Origin: Nautiliaceae bacterium
GTDB taxonomy: Bacteria; Campylobacterota; Campylobacteria; Campylobacterales; Nautiliaceae
Length of the DNA stretch: 64,000 bases
Assembly (NCBI GenBank): GCA_039831155.1
Contig: JBDONT010000008.1
Coordinates: forward strand, 1-64,000
Direction of reading: 5' to 3'
Within the stretch, counting starts at the first letter, position 1, and every line of letters begins with the position of its first letter. The notes beneath the pieces were generated by a model. That model searched no databases, had not been told where the DNA came from, and saw only the letters and a list, made by a program, of their open reading frames with translations. This document shows positions 28,532-38,838 of this stretch, piece by piece. A program made the position numbers and the translations under genes.

Positions 28532-29395
28532 TTAAGCTTCAAATCTAAGCTTTTTATACTCTTTTGGAATCATATACTCTCTTATATCTTTCATATAAGG
28601 TAAAAGCTGGGCTTTTTGTCCGATTTCATAAAGTTTATTAATTGATTCAATCTGTTCTTCATCAAGAGTAATTGATTTATCGTTTGCATAAAGGCTTAAA
28701 TATTTATCAAGGGTTTTATCATCAACTCTAACTAAATTTCTTTCAATTAGCATTTTTGCTAATAGATTTTTATGTTTGTTGGCTACATCTACCGCTTTTG
28801 TAAGTATCTCTTCTATATTTATTGCATCAAGAAGAGGAATTGAGCGTCTAATAGCCATACCTCCAAGTGGCAAGGGTCTATTGCCTGCAAGCTCTACCCA
28901 TATATCCCAAAGCTCTTTTTCAACTTCAAGATTTTCATTGTATGTTAAAATGCTCTCGTGTATTAAAACTCCGGCATCAACTGCACCGCTAAGTACCGCA
29001 TCTTCAATTTCAAGGAAGTTTTTATAAACTATTCTTGCTTTTGGATAATAGATTTTAAAAATCAAAGCATTTGTAGTATATTCTCCGCTAAGGGCTACTT
29101 TAAAGTTTGGTTTTAGTTTTTTGCCTTTTAATTTTACAAGTTTTGGTCCATATCCATATCCAAAACTAATAGCAGTTCTTAAAAGAGCATATTCATCTTT
29201 TAAAAAAGGATATGCCCCAAAACTAATGGCACTTACGTCATATATGTTTGCAAGAGTTTTTTTATTTAGTGTTTCTATATCTTCTGCTGTGTTTAAAAAT
29301 TTATATTTTTTATCTCCAACCCACCCAAACTTAATTGCATAATACATAAAAATATCATCGGCATCAGGCGAGTGGGCAACTGTGTAAGTTTTCAC
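28532..29395 (-). CDS. mqnD: 1,4-dihydroxy-6-naphthoate synthase (futalosine menaquinone pathway)
   Basis: VAHSPDADDIFMYYA, DIETLN, GYGPKLV, GVLIHE, LPLGG; GTG start at 29395. Confidence 0.92.
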   Translation of the reverse strand: MKTYTVAHSPDADDIFMYYAIKFGWVGDKKYKFLNTAEDIETLNKKTLANIYDVSAISFGAYPFLKDEYALLRTAISFGYGYGPKLVKLKGKKLKPNFKVALSGEYTTNALIFKIYYPKARIVYKNFLEIEDAVLSGAVDAGVLIHESILTYNENLEVEKELWDIWVELAGNRPLPLGGMAIRRSIPLLDAINIEEILTKAVDVANKHKNLLAKMLIERNLVRVDDKTLDKYLSLYANDKSITLDEEQIESINKLYEIGQKAQLLPYMKDIREYMIPKEYKKLRFEA

Positions 29396-29907
29396 ATTAT
29401 CTCCTCTAAAATCTCTTCTTTTGTAATTTCTATATCTCCACAAGGAGTATTTAGAGTTACTTCATTTAATTCTTTTTCTTTTTTTAAATCAAGAATTACC
29501 ACTTTTTCATCTGGATATACCAAAACATAAAAAGGGACTTTGTTTATTTTATAAATCTTTTTTTTTGTAATTTCATCTCTAAGACGAGTAGATGGAAAAA
29601 TTATTTCAAAAATAATTAAAGGGGCCTTTGTTATATACTTTTCAAGTTTTCCACAAATTACGCTTACATCAGGACGTAAAATAGTATCTTCGCTTATTCT
29701 GTATTCTGCTTCTACTAATACAAAACATTTATTACATTTTCTAAATTTTAAGTTTAATAAGAATGCCAATTTTCCAGCAATCCATTGATGTTTGTTAAAA
29801 GGAGCAGGTGCTATAGCATATGGGCGACCTTTTATTAATTCCCAGTCTCCTTCCCAATGTTCGTAATCTTTAACTGTGTAGTATTCTTCTACAATTGCAA
29901 GTGCCAT
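29392..29907 (-). CDS. Uma2 (DUF820) family PD-(D/E)XK endonuclease
   Basis: YTVKDY..WEGDWELIKG..APAP..HQ, RPDVSVIC, PLIIFEI..PST; ATG at 29907. Confidence 0.9.
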   Translation of the reverse strand: MALAIVEEYYTVKDYEHWEGDWELIKGRPYAIAPAPFNKHQWIAGKLAFLLNLKFRKCNKCFVLVEAEYRISEDTILRPDVSVICGKLEKYITKAPLIIFEIIFPSTRLRDEITKKKIYKINKVPFYVLVYPDEKVVILDLKKEKELNEVTLNTPCGDIEITKEEILEEIM

Positions 29908-29976
29908 TTTGTAGCCTTTTTTACAAATTATAGCAAAAATGATATAATTGCGTATACTACCTATTAAAGGATTTAA

Positions 29977-31017
29977 ATGGACGCAAATAAGCAAAAAGCA
30001 CTTGAACTTGCCCTAAAGCAGATTGATAAACAGTTTGGAAAAGGTTCTTTGGTAAAACTTAGCGAAAAAGAGATTGAACCTATTGAAGCGATTCCGACAG
30101 GGTCTTTCGGGCTTGATTTGGCCTTAGGAATTGGTGGAATTCCAAAAGGAAGAATTACCGAAATTTACGGGCCGGAGTCTTCCGGTAAGACTACTTTGGC
30201 TTTGTCTATTATAGCTCAAGCCCAAAAACAGGGTGGAATTGCCGCTTTTATAGATGCAGAACACGCTTTTGACCCGATTTATGCAAAAAATATTGGGGTT
30301 GATATTGACAATTTGCTTGTTTCTCAACCGGATTACGGAGAACAGGCACTTGAAATTGTAGAGACTCTTGCTAGAAGTGGTGCTGTGGATGTTATTGTTA
30401 TAGATTCGGTAGCGGCTCTTACTCCAAAAGCAGAAATTGAAGGAAATATGGGAGACGCTCAAGTAGGTGTTCAAGCTAGACTTATGAGCCAGGCTTTAAG
30501 AAAATTAACGGCTGCAATTCATAAAATGAATACGACCGTTGTGTTTATTAACCAAATAAGAATGAAAATCGGAATGATGGGATACGGAAGCCCGGAAACC
30601 ACAACAGGTGGTAACGCTCTTAAATTTTACAGTTCTGTTAGACTTGATGTTAGAAGAATTGCAACTTTAAAACAATCGGATAAGGAAGTAGGTAACAGAG
30701 TAAAAGTAAAAGTGGTAAAAAATAAGGTGGCTCCTCCTTTTAGAATAGCTGAATTTGATATAATGTTCGGGAAAGGAATTTCTCGTGAAGGAGAAATCCT
30801 TGATTACGGGGTAAAGCTTGATATTATCGATAAGAGCGGGGCATGGTTTAGTTACGGTGCTACAAGACTAGGTCAAGGTAAAGAGAATGCAAAAGAGTAT
30901 TTAAAAGAACATCCGGAGCTTGCAAAAGAGATAGAAGAGAAGATTAAAGAGGCTTTGGGTGTTGAGCTTTCTCATATGATTGATACGATTGAAAAAAAAG
31001 AAGACGAATCAAATTAA
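29977..31017 (+). CDS. recA: recombinase RecA
   Basis: [33 protein letters not shown]. Confidence 0.99.
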   Translation: MDANKQKALELALKQIDKQFGKGSLVKLSEKEIEPIEAIPTGSFGLDLALGIGGIPKGRITEIYGPESSGKTTLALSIIAQAQKQGGIAAFIDAEHAFDPIYAKNIGVDIDNLLVSQPDYGEQALEIVETLARSGAVDVIVIDSVAALTPKAEIEGNMGDAQVGVQARLMSQALRKLTAAIHKMNTTVVFINQIRMKIGMMGYGSPETTTGGNALKFYSSVRLDVRRIATLKQSDKEVGNRVKVKVVKNKVAPPFRIAEFDIMFGKGISREGEILDYGVKLDIIDKSGAWFSYGATRLGQGKENAKEYLKEHPELAKEIEEKIKEALGVELSHMIDTIEKKEDESN

Positions 31018-31028
31018 AAGGAGAAAAA

Positions 31029-32300
31029 ATGGTATTTATCGAAGATGTGTTTGCGGATGAAGTGTTAGATTCTAGGGGGAATCCGACGGTTAGAGCGACA
31101 GTTGTTTTGAGTGATGGGACAAAAGAGAGTGCGATAGTACCTAGTGGAGCAAGTACGGGGGTTAATGAAGCACTTGAGCTTAGAGACGGAGGAGATAGAT
31201 TTTTAGGAAAAGGTGTATTAAAAGCTTGTGAAAATGTAAATAGTGTTATTGCAAACGAGCTTATTGGTCTTTCTCCTTACGACCAGGCTGAAATTGATAA
31301 TATTATGCTTGAACTTGACGGGACTAAAAATAAATCTAAACTTGGGGCAAACGCTATTCTTGGTGTAAGTATGGCGGTTGCCAGAGCTGCTGCTAGAAGT
31401 CTTGATTTACCGCTTTATAGATATTTAGGTGGAGCGAATGCACTTGTATTGCCGACTCCTATGCTAAATATAATAAACGGTGGGGCACACGCTGATAACG
31501 ATGTGGATTTACAAGAGTATATGATTATGCCAACAGGCTTTGATGACTTTGCAGAAGCTCTAAGGGCTAGTAGTGAGATTTATCATACGTTAAAAAAACT
31601 TCTTGCAGCTGACGGGCATAATACCGCACTTGGAGATGAGGGTGGATTTGCACCGAACTTTAAAAATAATGAAGAACCGATTGAATATATTATAAAAGCT
31701 ATCGAAAAATCAGGATATAAACCGGGAGATGAAATTACAATAGCACTTGATGCAGCGAGTAGTGAGTTTTATAAAGACGGAAAATACGTACTTGCCGGAG
31801 AAAATAAAACATTAAGTGCGGCTGAACTTGTGGATTATTATGCTTATCTTTGCGATAAATATCCGATTGTTTCAATTGAAGACGGTGTTGCTGAAGAAGA
31901 TTGGGAAGGTTGGAAAATATTAACTGAAAAACTTGGAAATAAAATTCAGCTTGTCGGGGATGATTTGTTTGTAACAAACAAAGAAATCTTACAAAAGGGA
32001 ATCGAACTTGGTGTTGCTAATGCGATTTTAATTAAACCGAATCAAATCGGAACCGTGACTGAAACTATGCAAACGGTTAGACTTGCTCAAAGAAATAATT
32101 ATAAAACTATTATGAGTCATAGAAGTGGTGAGAGTGAAGATGCTTTTATTGCCGATTTTGCAGTGGCTTTAAATTGTGGTGAAATTAAAACGGGAGCACC
32201 GGCTAGAGGAGAGAGAACGGCTAAATATAACAGACTTCTTGAAATTGCAAGAAGCATAGCAGGTGCCGAATACACAGGAAAAACACTGTTTAATAGATGA
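31029..32300 (+). CDS. eno: enolase
   Basis: [31 protein letters not shown]. Confidence 0.99.
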   Translation: MVFIEDVFADEVLDSRGNPTVRATVVLSDGTKESAIVPSGASTGVNEALELRDGGDRFLGKGVLKACENVNSVIANELIGLSPYDQAEIDNIMLELDGTKNKSKLGANAILGVSMAVARAAARSLDLPLYRYLGGANALVLPTPMLNIINGGAHADNDVDLQEYMIMPTGFDDFAEALRASSEIYHTLKKLLAADGHNTALGDEGGFAPNFKNNEEPIEYIIKAIEKSGYKPGDEITIALDAASSEFYKDGKYVLAGENKTLSAAELVDYYAYLCDKYPIVSIEDGVAEEDWEGWKILTEKLGNKIQLVGDDLFVTNKEILQKGIELGVANAILIKPNQIGTVTETMQTVRLAQRNNYKTIMSHRSGESEDAFIADFAVALNCGEIKTGAPARGERTAKYNRLLEIARSIAGAEYTGKTLFNR

Positions 32301-32539
32301 TTGATTTTGATGATTTAATAAAAAAAGATTCGAAAAGAGTGATTATTATCGTTATTCTCTCTTTTTTCTTTCTTTTTTATATCTATGTGCTGATGTTTGG
32401 TGAGAGGTCTTATATTAGGCTTTTGGATTTAAACGGAGAGTATGAAAAACTTAAACATCATGTTGATAAACTGAAAAAAGAGAATGAAAAACTTCAAAAA
32501 GAGTATTTTGAATTAAAACAACTTCAAGGTGGAGAGTGA
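32297..32539 (+). CDS. ftsB: FtsB/DivIC septum formation initiator
   Basis: One TM helix, FG motif and coiled coil, directly after eno. Confidence 0.75.
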   Translation: MIDFDDLIKKDSKRVIIIVILSFFFLFYIYVLMFGERSYIRLLDLNGEYEKLKHHVDKLKKENEKLQKEYFELKQLQGGE

Positions 32540-33108
32540 GATACTTTATACTGTTGGTAGGAGTTATACTGCTTGCTAGACTTAACCCTTTCGAACCGGT
32601 GGTAAAACCGGAAAATACTATGATAATAAAACCTTTTTATTTTAAAAAAGCAGTTATTAATCTTCCAAAAGACGCAAGGGTTTTAAAAGAGATTGTATTG
32701 GTTTATCAAAGTGTAAACGGAGATATTAAACAAAAATTTGTAAATATCAATAAACAGATAGACTTTCATAAGCCGATAATAGTCTCTCATAGCATTTCTA
32801 AGTTTCCGATTAAAGAATACGGGTTTTTAAATCTTTTTAAGCTTTATATAAAAGGTAAAAAAATTTTTCTAAAAACAAAAGACAAACTAATAAGAAGTTT
32901 TTTTCTTGTTGAGCCTTTTAGGATTGTATTGGATTTTAAAAGGGATGCCGACTTTTTAACTCTTACAAAAACAATATCCGATTCGGTGGTTAAAAAAGTG
33001 GTTGTGGGGAATCATAACGGATATTATAGGGTTGTTTTGTATTTTGATGCTAAGTATGCTTATAGGATTAAAGTGATTGAGGGAGGAGTTAAAATTGAGT
33101 TGCAGTAA
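32536..33108 (+). CDS. periplasmic AMIN-domain protein
   Basis: Signal peptide, RLNPFEP, PFRIVLDF, VGNHNGYYRVVL. Confidence 0.8.
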   Translation: MRYFILLVGVILLARLNPFEPVVKPENTMIIKPFYFKKAVINLPKDARVLKEIVLVYQSVNGDIKQKFVNINKQIDFHKPIIVSHSISKFPIKEYGFLNLFKLYIKGKKIFLKTKDKLIRSFFLVEPFRIVLDFKRDADFLTLTKTISDSVVKKVVVGNHNGYYRVVLYFDAKYAYRIKVIEGGVKIELQ

Positions 33109-33595
33109 TATTATATTAACCGGCTTTATGGGAAGTGGTAAAAGTACAATCGGAAGAGTTTTGGCAAAAGAGTTGGATACTTATTTTATAGATACGGATA
33201 GTTTGATAGAGAGTTTTGAAAATAGAAATATTAAGGAGATTTTTGAAAAAGACGGAGAAGATGCTTTTAGAGAGATGGAAAAAAGATGTTTTAGGTGGAT
33301 TAAAAATCACGTTTCTTTTACCGTAATTTCGGTAGGTGGTGGGTTTCCGGTTTTTGTACCGGAAATTAAAGAAGCCGGAGTTGTAATATATTTAAAGGTT
33401 GATTTTGAAGATATTGTAAAAAGACTCTCAAAAGAAGAGATAGATAAAAGACCTCTTTTTAAAGATTTAAAAAAAGCAAAAGAGCTTTTTTTAAAAAGAG
33501 ATGAAATATATTCAAAACTTGCCGATATAGTTATAGAAAACAGAGATTTAAAAACAACTATAAAAAAAATAAAGGAGTATTATGCAAGTAAGTAG
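33095..33595 (+). CDS. aroK: shikimate kinase
   Basis: GFMGSGKST, DTD, GEDAFREME, GGG, RPL; TTG start inferred from RBS GGAGGAG. Confidence 0.95.
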   Translation: MSCSNIILTGFMGSGKSTIGRVLAKELDTYFIDTDSLIESFENRNIKEIFEKDGEDAFREMEKRCFRWIKNHVSFTVISVGGGFPVFVPEIKEAGVVIYLKVDFEDIVKRLSKEEIDKRPLFKDLKKAKELFLKRDEIYSKLADIVIENRDLKTTIKKIKEYYASK

Positions 33596-33764
33596 TACTT
33601 CAATGCATACCACTATTCAAGTGGAAGCTCAAAAAAAAGCTCAAGATACTGTTAAAAATTTAATGGAAAAAATGATAAACGACGCTTTTAAAAATTCTGC
33701 AGAACTTGAAGCTATGACGGCTCAAGCTACTGGAAAAGGGCAAAACATTAATGTCAAAGCATAA
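33582..33764 (+). CDS. small YjfB-like (putative motility) protein
   Basis: 60 aa, RBS AAGGAG; KKAQD and C-terminal GKGQNINVKA pattern. Confidence 0.6.
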   Translation: MQVSSTSMHTTIQVEAQKKAQDTVKNLMEKMINDAFKNSAELEAMTAQATGKGQNINVKA

Positions 33765-34341
33765 AGAGCTTTTAGATTTTTATTTAAAAAGAAAAGATTT
33801 TATAAAAAAAGAGTTTAGTGAGAATATAGATTTTACGGATGTTTTTGACCCTTATTTAGATTTGAAAACAGACAAGCCTATTATGATAATAGGAGAAGCA
33901 CCAGGAGCTAATGAAGTTAGGTTAAAAGAGCCTTTTGTCGGGAAAGCCGGAGAAAATCTTAACTATTTAATAAGTTTAAGTGGACTTGATAGAAAAAGAG
34001 ATTTTTTAATTACAAACGCTTTTCCCTTTCGTACATTTAAAGGTAATGCAAACAGAACTCCATCTGCAAAAGAGTTAAAGCTTGGAGCAAAACTTTTAGA
34101 AAAAGAGATAGAAATTGTAAAACCAAAACTTATTTTACTTCTTGGAAACTCTGCTATAAAAGCTTTTTCTTATATTCCTTGGGCAAAGGAAGTAAAAAAT
34201 CTTAAAAAGTGTGGTATTTATGAAATAAATGGTAAAAAAGTAGGAGTATGTTTTCATCCGTCTCCTCTTGCTTTTAATAGAAAAGATATAAGAGATAGTT
34301 TGGAGAAATTTTTTAAAAATCTAAAATTTGAGTATAATTAA
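33751..34341 (+). CDS. uracil-DNA glycosylase, family 4-like
   Basis: IGEAPGANE, PFVGKAG, ITN, NRTP, FHPSP. Confidence 0.9.
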   Translation: MSKHKELLDFYLKRKDFIKKEFSENIDFTDVFDPYLDLKTDKPIMIIGEAPGANEVRLKEPFVGKAGENLNYLISLSGLDRKRDFLITNAFPFRTFKGNANRTPSAKELKLGAKLLEKEIEIVKPKLILLLGNSAIKAFSYIPWAKEVKNLKKCGIYEINGKKVGVCFHPSPLAFNRKDIRDSLEKFFKNLKFEYN

Positions 34342-34357
34342 ATAAAAAGGAGAAAAA

Positions 34358-34645
34358 ATGACAAATATTGAAGATATGATTTTAAGTTTCGGAGAAGTGC
34401 CGGAAGCTCACGAGAGTTTTACTATTGCTTATGGAAGTTTAAGGGTTGAGCAGAGTAGATTATATAAAGACGTACTTCCTACAGATGCAGTAAAACAAGT
34501 AATTATTATGCTTCAAGAGCAAGCTTTGGAAATGGGAGCTAACGGAGTTAAAAATATCGAAATAAAAATAACTCCTCTAAAAGATGAAAAAGGAGTTGAC
34601 GTAGTTGATTATTATGCTATGGGGACTTTAATTAAGTTAAAATAA
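34358..34645 (+). CDS. YbjQ/UPF0145-like small protein
   Basis: LQEQALEMGANGVKNI...YAMGTLIK pattern; strong RBS. Confidence 0.6.
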   Translation: MTNIEDMILSFGEVPEAHESFTIAYGSLRVEQSRLYKDVLPTDAVKQVIIMLQEQALEMGANGVKNIEIKITPLKDEKGVDVVDYYAMGTLIKLK

Positions 34646-34680
34646 TAAAAATGGGAAAGAGCTTTACTTTCCCGTTTTTA
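34646..34680. terminator. probable bidirectional intrinsic terminator
   Basis: AAAAATGGGAAAG-agcttta-CTTTCCCGTTTTT between convergent transcription units. Confidence 0.7.
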
Positions 34681-34763
34681 AAATAAAAAGGGGGTTTTTT
34701 TAAGGATTGGTTTTTTTCGATATATTAATTGAAAAATAATTTGAGGGAACAAGGAATTTTAAA

Positions 34764-34839
34764 TGGTGCCCAGGGACGGAATCGAACCGCCGACACAGGG
34801 ATTTTCAGTCCCTTGCTCTACCGACTGAGCTACCTGGGC
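34764..34839 (-). tRNA. tRNA-Phe(GAA)
   Basis: Minus strand GCCCAGGTAGCTCAGTCGGTAGAGCAAGGGACTGAAAATCCCTGTGTCGGCGGTTCGATTCCGTCCCTGGGCACCA; 76 nt with encoded CCA. Confidence 0.98.
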
Positions 34840-34889
34840 TTGGAATGAAATTATATCAGTATAACTTTAAAGTTAGCTTAAAGAGAAGA

Positions 34890-35807
34890 TTAGTTTTTAA
34901 AAATCTTCTCTAATTTTTCTTTTAGTTTATTTTGACAGTTTTGAAGGGCAAAATCCATTGCGTTTGAGAAGTTGCTAGATGATTTTCCTCCACATTTGAT
35001 TGAGAAGTTAATAGCACTTTTGTCTTTTAGTGTTACATTTAGAGTAAGTGTTGAGATATAGTTTGATAATATCTGTTTATTTTCAATGGATGAAGTTGCA
35101 TATACTTTAATTCCGTTTGAGTAAGTGGGGATATTAAGTTGACTAAAGGTGTCTTGTAAAAGAGTTTTTATTTTGTAATTGGAAACTTTAACGTTTACTC
35201 CTATTTGTGAGAGTTTTGTTTGCAGTTTTGTTTTTAGGGATATTGCTTGTTGTATCTCTTTTGAGATATTTTTGTTTGTTAAGGTTTGGACTATGTAAAG
35301 ATTTTTTATGGCTTTGTTTAGTTCTTTTATCAGTTTAGGATAGGTTTTTAGAATTTTTATTTTATCTTTGATATTTAGATAAGCTTTTGCCTGGTTAATG
35401 GTATTTATAGCTTTTTGGTAGGCTACGTTTGCACTTTTTTCTTTATTTATTTTTATAAGTACATAGTATTTGTTTTCTTTTGCAGCTTCTTTTACGATTT
35501 GATAATCGGAAAATTCTACATTGGCATAGCTTTTGGTATCTTTTCTTATTTCTTTAAATATTTGGGAATTGTCGTTATTTTGCATATAACTTTTTGATGA
35601 TTCGAATGATGAATTTATAGTTACGTTTACTTGGGACGCTGCAAAAGATAAAGCGTTGTTTATAGCGTCTTTTTTTGAATATCCCATTCCCGTTGCGTAA
35701 ATATAAAGTTGGTTGCTTTTGGGTGTTTCGTTAAACCATTTAGGTGGTTGGGCGTTTTGGCATCCTATTAAAAAGATGATAATTACTGCTAAGATAAATT
35801 TTTTCAT
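34890..35807 (-). CDS. LPP20-domain lipoprotein
   Basis: Lipobox LIGC, PKWF..P, YATGMG..AINNAL..A.QVNVTINS. Confidence 0.75.
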   Translation of the reverse strand: MKKFILAVIIIFLIGCQNAQPPKWFNETPKSNQLYIYATGMGYSKKDAINNALSFAASQVNVTINSSFESSKSYMQNNDNSQIFKEIRKDTKSYANVEFSDYQIVKEAAKENKYYVLIKINKEKSANVAYQKAINTINQAKAYLNIKDKIKILKTYPKLIKELNKAIKNLYIVQTLTNKNISKEIQQAISLKTKLQTKLSQIGVNVKVSNYKIKTLLQDTFSQLNIPTYSNGIKVYATSSIENKQILSNYISTLTLNVTLKDKSAINFSIKCGGKSSSNFSNAMDFALQNCQNKLKEKLEKIFKN

Positions 35808-35816
35808 TTAATGCCT

Positions 35817-36767
35817 TTATTTAAACATACTTTTTAGTTTTTCTAGAAAAGATGAGTTTTGATGAATTTTTACGTAATCTCCTATTTTTACCGGTTGTTG
35901 TACTTTATCTACAATAATCCACGAATCGTTAGGGTGTAATACGTTGCTTATTTCGCCTTCTCCTATTTTTATCTCTTCTCTTTTTATTTCGTTTGAGAAA
36001 GGAACTTTTGTCTCTTTTATTGTAAATATTTCAACGTCAACTCCTTCTCTTGCTCCGAAATTTGAACCTAAAGTGGTGTGAAGGATTGTTTTGTTGTCTT
36101 TTTTTCTTACTTCATACACATAGCCTTTTTTAGCAAAAAAGTTATAAAGAAAATCTTTTTTATCTTCTATTGCGTTTGAAGTTGCTTTTGATAAAAGATA
36201 TGAGAAATTATAAAGTCTTGATTTACTTGTAGAATGTTCACAGTCGCTTAAATTTAGCGTTTTTGCAATGTAGTTTTGAGGAATTTTAATAATAGTCAAA
36301 CTCCCGAATACACACGCTTTGTTTGAGTAGTAAGCAGGAGTATAGTGAATTTTTCCTTTTTTATCTTTCCAACTGCTAGGAGGTATGTATTCGCTTGAAG
36401 TTTGGGTAGATAAAATTTTTCCTTTTATGATGTAATCTGCCTGGTTTAGGTTTGTTTGGGCTTTTTTTGCTTCCTCTGCTAATTGTATCTCTTTTTTTAG
36501 TGATGAATAGTTTCTATTTAGTACCACTACGGCTTTGTAGTTTGATAAAAGGGTTTTTAGTCTGTTTGTAGCTATTTGGTCTAGGGTGTTGTATCTGTTA
36601 CCGTTAAAAGGAACCACCAATACCTGGGTTTTGGAGTATAGTTCTTGTTTTGATGGTTTGTATGATGATTGTTGGGCGTTTATTTTTGTGAATTCATTAG
36701 GGTTTATTTTTGTAGAACATCCTAAAAAGATAAGGCCACTTATTGTTAAATAAACTGCTTTTTTCAT
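35817..36767 (-). CDS. lipoprotein with CsgG/FlgT-like architecture
   Basis: Lipobox FLGC; VLNR..LKKEIQLAE..ADYIIKGKI; C-terminal LGSNFGAREG beta domain. Confidence 0.6.
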   Translation of the reverse strand: MKKAVYLTISGLIFLGCSTKINPNEFTKINAQQSSYKPSKQELYSKTQVLVVPFNGNRYNTLDQIATNRLKTLLSNYKAVVVLNRNYSSLKKEIQLAEEAKKAQTNLNQADYIIKGKILSTQTSSEYIPPSSWKDKKGKIHYTPAYYSNKACVFGSLTIIKIPQNYIAKTLNLSDCEHSTSKSRLYNFSYLLSKATSNAIEDKKDFLYNFFAKKGYVYEVRKKDNKTILHTTLGSNFGAREGVDVEIFTIKETKVPFSNEIKREEIKIGEGEISNVLHPNDSWIIVDKVQQPVKIGDYVKIHQNSSFLEKLKSMFK

Positions 36768-37942
36768 TTTTTCTCCTTTATTAATGTTTGAAACTTTTCT
36801 CCTCTTTCTTTGTAATTTTTAAACTGGTCAAAACTTGCACACGCAGGGCTTAAAATAGCTACGGAATCTTTTGAGTGAAGTTTTGATATTTCGTTTACTG
36901 CGTTTTTAAGCTCTTTTGAAAGATGGTATTTTATCTTAAATTTTTGGGAAAGTTGTTTAAAAATTGAGAGATTTTCACCTATTAAAAACAGTTCTACATT
37001 TAAATTTTGCATATATTCAAATAACGGGGTAAAATCCTGGTTTTTATCAACTCCTCCTAAAATTAAAAATATCTTTTTGTCTTTATATCTTTTTAAAGCG
37101 TTTAGAGTGGCGTCTATGTTTGTAGCTTTGCTGTCGTCAACCCAGGTTCTATTTAAAGAGTCTTTTATTTCTTCTAGTTTATGAGGGTCTATTTTAAATT
37201 CTTTTAAGGATTTTTCTTTAAAAAAGAGTATTTTATATACGGCTTTTGCCATTATTTCATCCAGTAAAAACGGGGTTTTAAAGTGTAAATCTTTAAAATC
37301 GAAATAGTTTATTAAGTCTTGTTCGTTTTTATAGAGAATTTTAAAGGCTTTTGTTTGAGTGTCAAACTCTTTTGGCATTATTACGATATCTCTTTCGGTC
37401 ATTCTTTTAAGAGGGGATAATTTGGCTTTGACGTACTCTTCAAAGCTTCCGTGCCAGGAGATGTGGTCTTCTTTTATAGGAAGGATTATTAAGATGTTCG
37501 GCTTTGCTTTTTTTGTATAAAAAAGTTGAAAACTACTTGCTTCAATTACCCAAAATTTTGCCTTTTTATTCATATCGGCTAAAGGAATGCCTATATTTCC
37601 TCCTATATCGGAGTAGTGTTCTTTAAGCAGATAATGAGTCATTTGGGTTGTTGTGGTTTTGCCGTTTGTACCGGTAACCCATATTTGAAAAGGAGCGTTG
37701 TCGTAAAAGTAGTCAAATTCACTGATTAAATTTTTTGCTTTTTTTATTAAGGGATGAGAAGGGGGAATTCCCGGGGATGTTATTTCGAGTTTGGATTTAT
37801 TTGGGTCAAATTCGGTGGAAGGAAGAAGAATATTTTCGTATTTGTCATATGAAGGTTTTGTAAAATTGTCATCGAATATATAAAAACCACCTTTTTTAGC
37901 TATTGCTTTTGTTGTTAGTCCGTATCCGAAAAGTGAAATCAT
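36764..37942 (-). CDS. murD: UDP-N-acetylmuramoyl-L-alanine--D-glutamate ligase
   Basis: TGTNGKTTT, GGNIGIP, DDSKATN, LSPACASFDQF. Confidence 0.96.
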   Translation of the reverse strand: MISLFGYGLTTKAIAKKGGFYIFDDNFTKPSYDKYENILLPSTEFDPNKSKLEITSPGIPPSHPLIKKAKNLISEFDYFYDNAPFQIWVTGTNGKTTTTQMTHYLLKEHYSDIGGNIGIPLADMNKKAKFWVIEASSFQLFYTKKAKPNILIILPIKEDHISWHGSFEEYVKAKLSPLKRMTERDIVIMPKEFDTQTKAFKILYKNEQDLINYFDFKDLHFKTPFLLDEIMAKAVYKILFFKEKSLKEFKIDPHKLEEIKDSLNRTWVDDSKATNIDATLNALKRYKDKKIFLILGGVDKNQDFTPLFEYMQNLNVELFLIGENLSIFKQLSQKFKIKYHLSKELKNAVNEISKLHSKDSVAILSPACASFDQFKNYKERGEKFQTLIKEKK

Positions 37943-38835
37943 CTATTTAAATACTCCTTTAAAAGCTCTCCTAAATCGGAATCCAGTTTGATATTAAAAT
38001 AAGGGAATTTTTTATTTTCTAAAGAGATGTTTACAAATTCCACTTTGCCTAGGCGTTTTTTTATTTCTTCTTTAAACTGGGTAAGTGTTGAAATTTTGTC
38101 TACCAAAATTCCTTTTACTTTTGTAGCTATGAATATTTTTCCGTCTGCGTATTTTTTAAGTTTATCCAAAGAGATGTTTCTATCTTCTGCAACGGTTTTT
38201 AAGAAATTCTCATAAGTTGGAAGCAATAAATTGTTTAGTAGGTACTCTTTTTCTTGAGAAGAAGCTTTTTTAAATAGAGAAATGGGTTTTTTATATTTTC
38301 CTACTGTTATATCGTCCTCTTCTATTCCTATTTTTTTTGCGAGTTTGCCTATAACAAAATGTGGCATAATAACCCCTATACTTCCTACAACGGCGTTTTT
38401 ATTAGCTACTATAGGTTTTATGGCACTTATTATATAATATCCTCCACTTGCAGCCATACTCTCAACATATACGTTTACCCTTTTTGTTTTGTTTATAAAT
38501 TTTAAATAAGCGTTAAACTCATCACTTGCACTGGGACTGCCTCCCGGGGTATTGAAAACAAGCAAAAACTCTTTACAGTTTTTATCTTTTTTTAATCTGT
38601 CCATTTTATTAATAATAGTGTTTATATAATCCACCGTTATTGTTTTATTAATGTTTATTACGGCTACGTATGGTTTTGTAATAGGAGTTTGGGTTGAAAA
38701 ACTTTTTTTAAAAAACATCCCCACAACAACCAGCTCTGCTAAGATTAGTAAAACAACCCCAAAAAGGATGATTTTTTCTTTTAAAGCTTTTAATTTAAAT
38801 ATTTTTAATTCGGCTTTTAATTTTTCGTTTTCCAT
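37939..38835 (-). CDS. sppA: signal peptide peptidase SppA (S49)
   Basis: NTPGGS, MAASGGYY, GSIGV, GKYK. Confidence 0.9.
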   Translation of the reverse strand: MENEKLKAELKIFKLKALKEKIILFGVVLLILAELVVVGMFFKKSFSTQTPITKPYVAVININKTITVDYINTIINKMDRLKKDKNCKEFLLVFNTPGGSPSASDEFNAYLKFINKTKRVNVYVESMAASGGYYIISAIKPIVANKNAVVGSIGVIMPHFVIGKLAKKIGIEEDDITVGKYKKPISLFKKASSQEKEYLLNNLLLPTYENFLKTVAEDRNISLDKLKKYADGKIFIATKVKGILVDKISTLTQFKEEIKKRLGKVEFVNISLENKKFPYFNIKLDSDLGELLKEYLNR

Positions 38836-38838
38836 TTT

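Noticed and set aside
34681..34763. Integration site or sRNA downstream of tRNA-Phe
   Set aside because: No duplicated tRNA 3' end or integrase seen; the pyrimidine-rich stretches are too weak to call an sRNA
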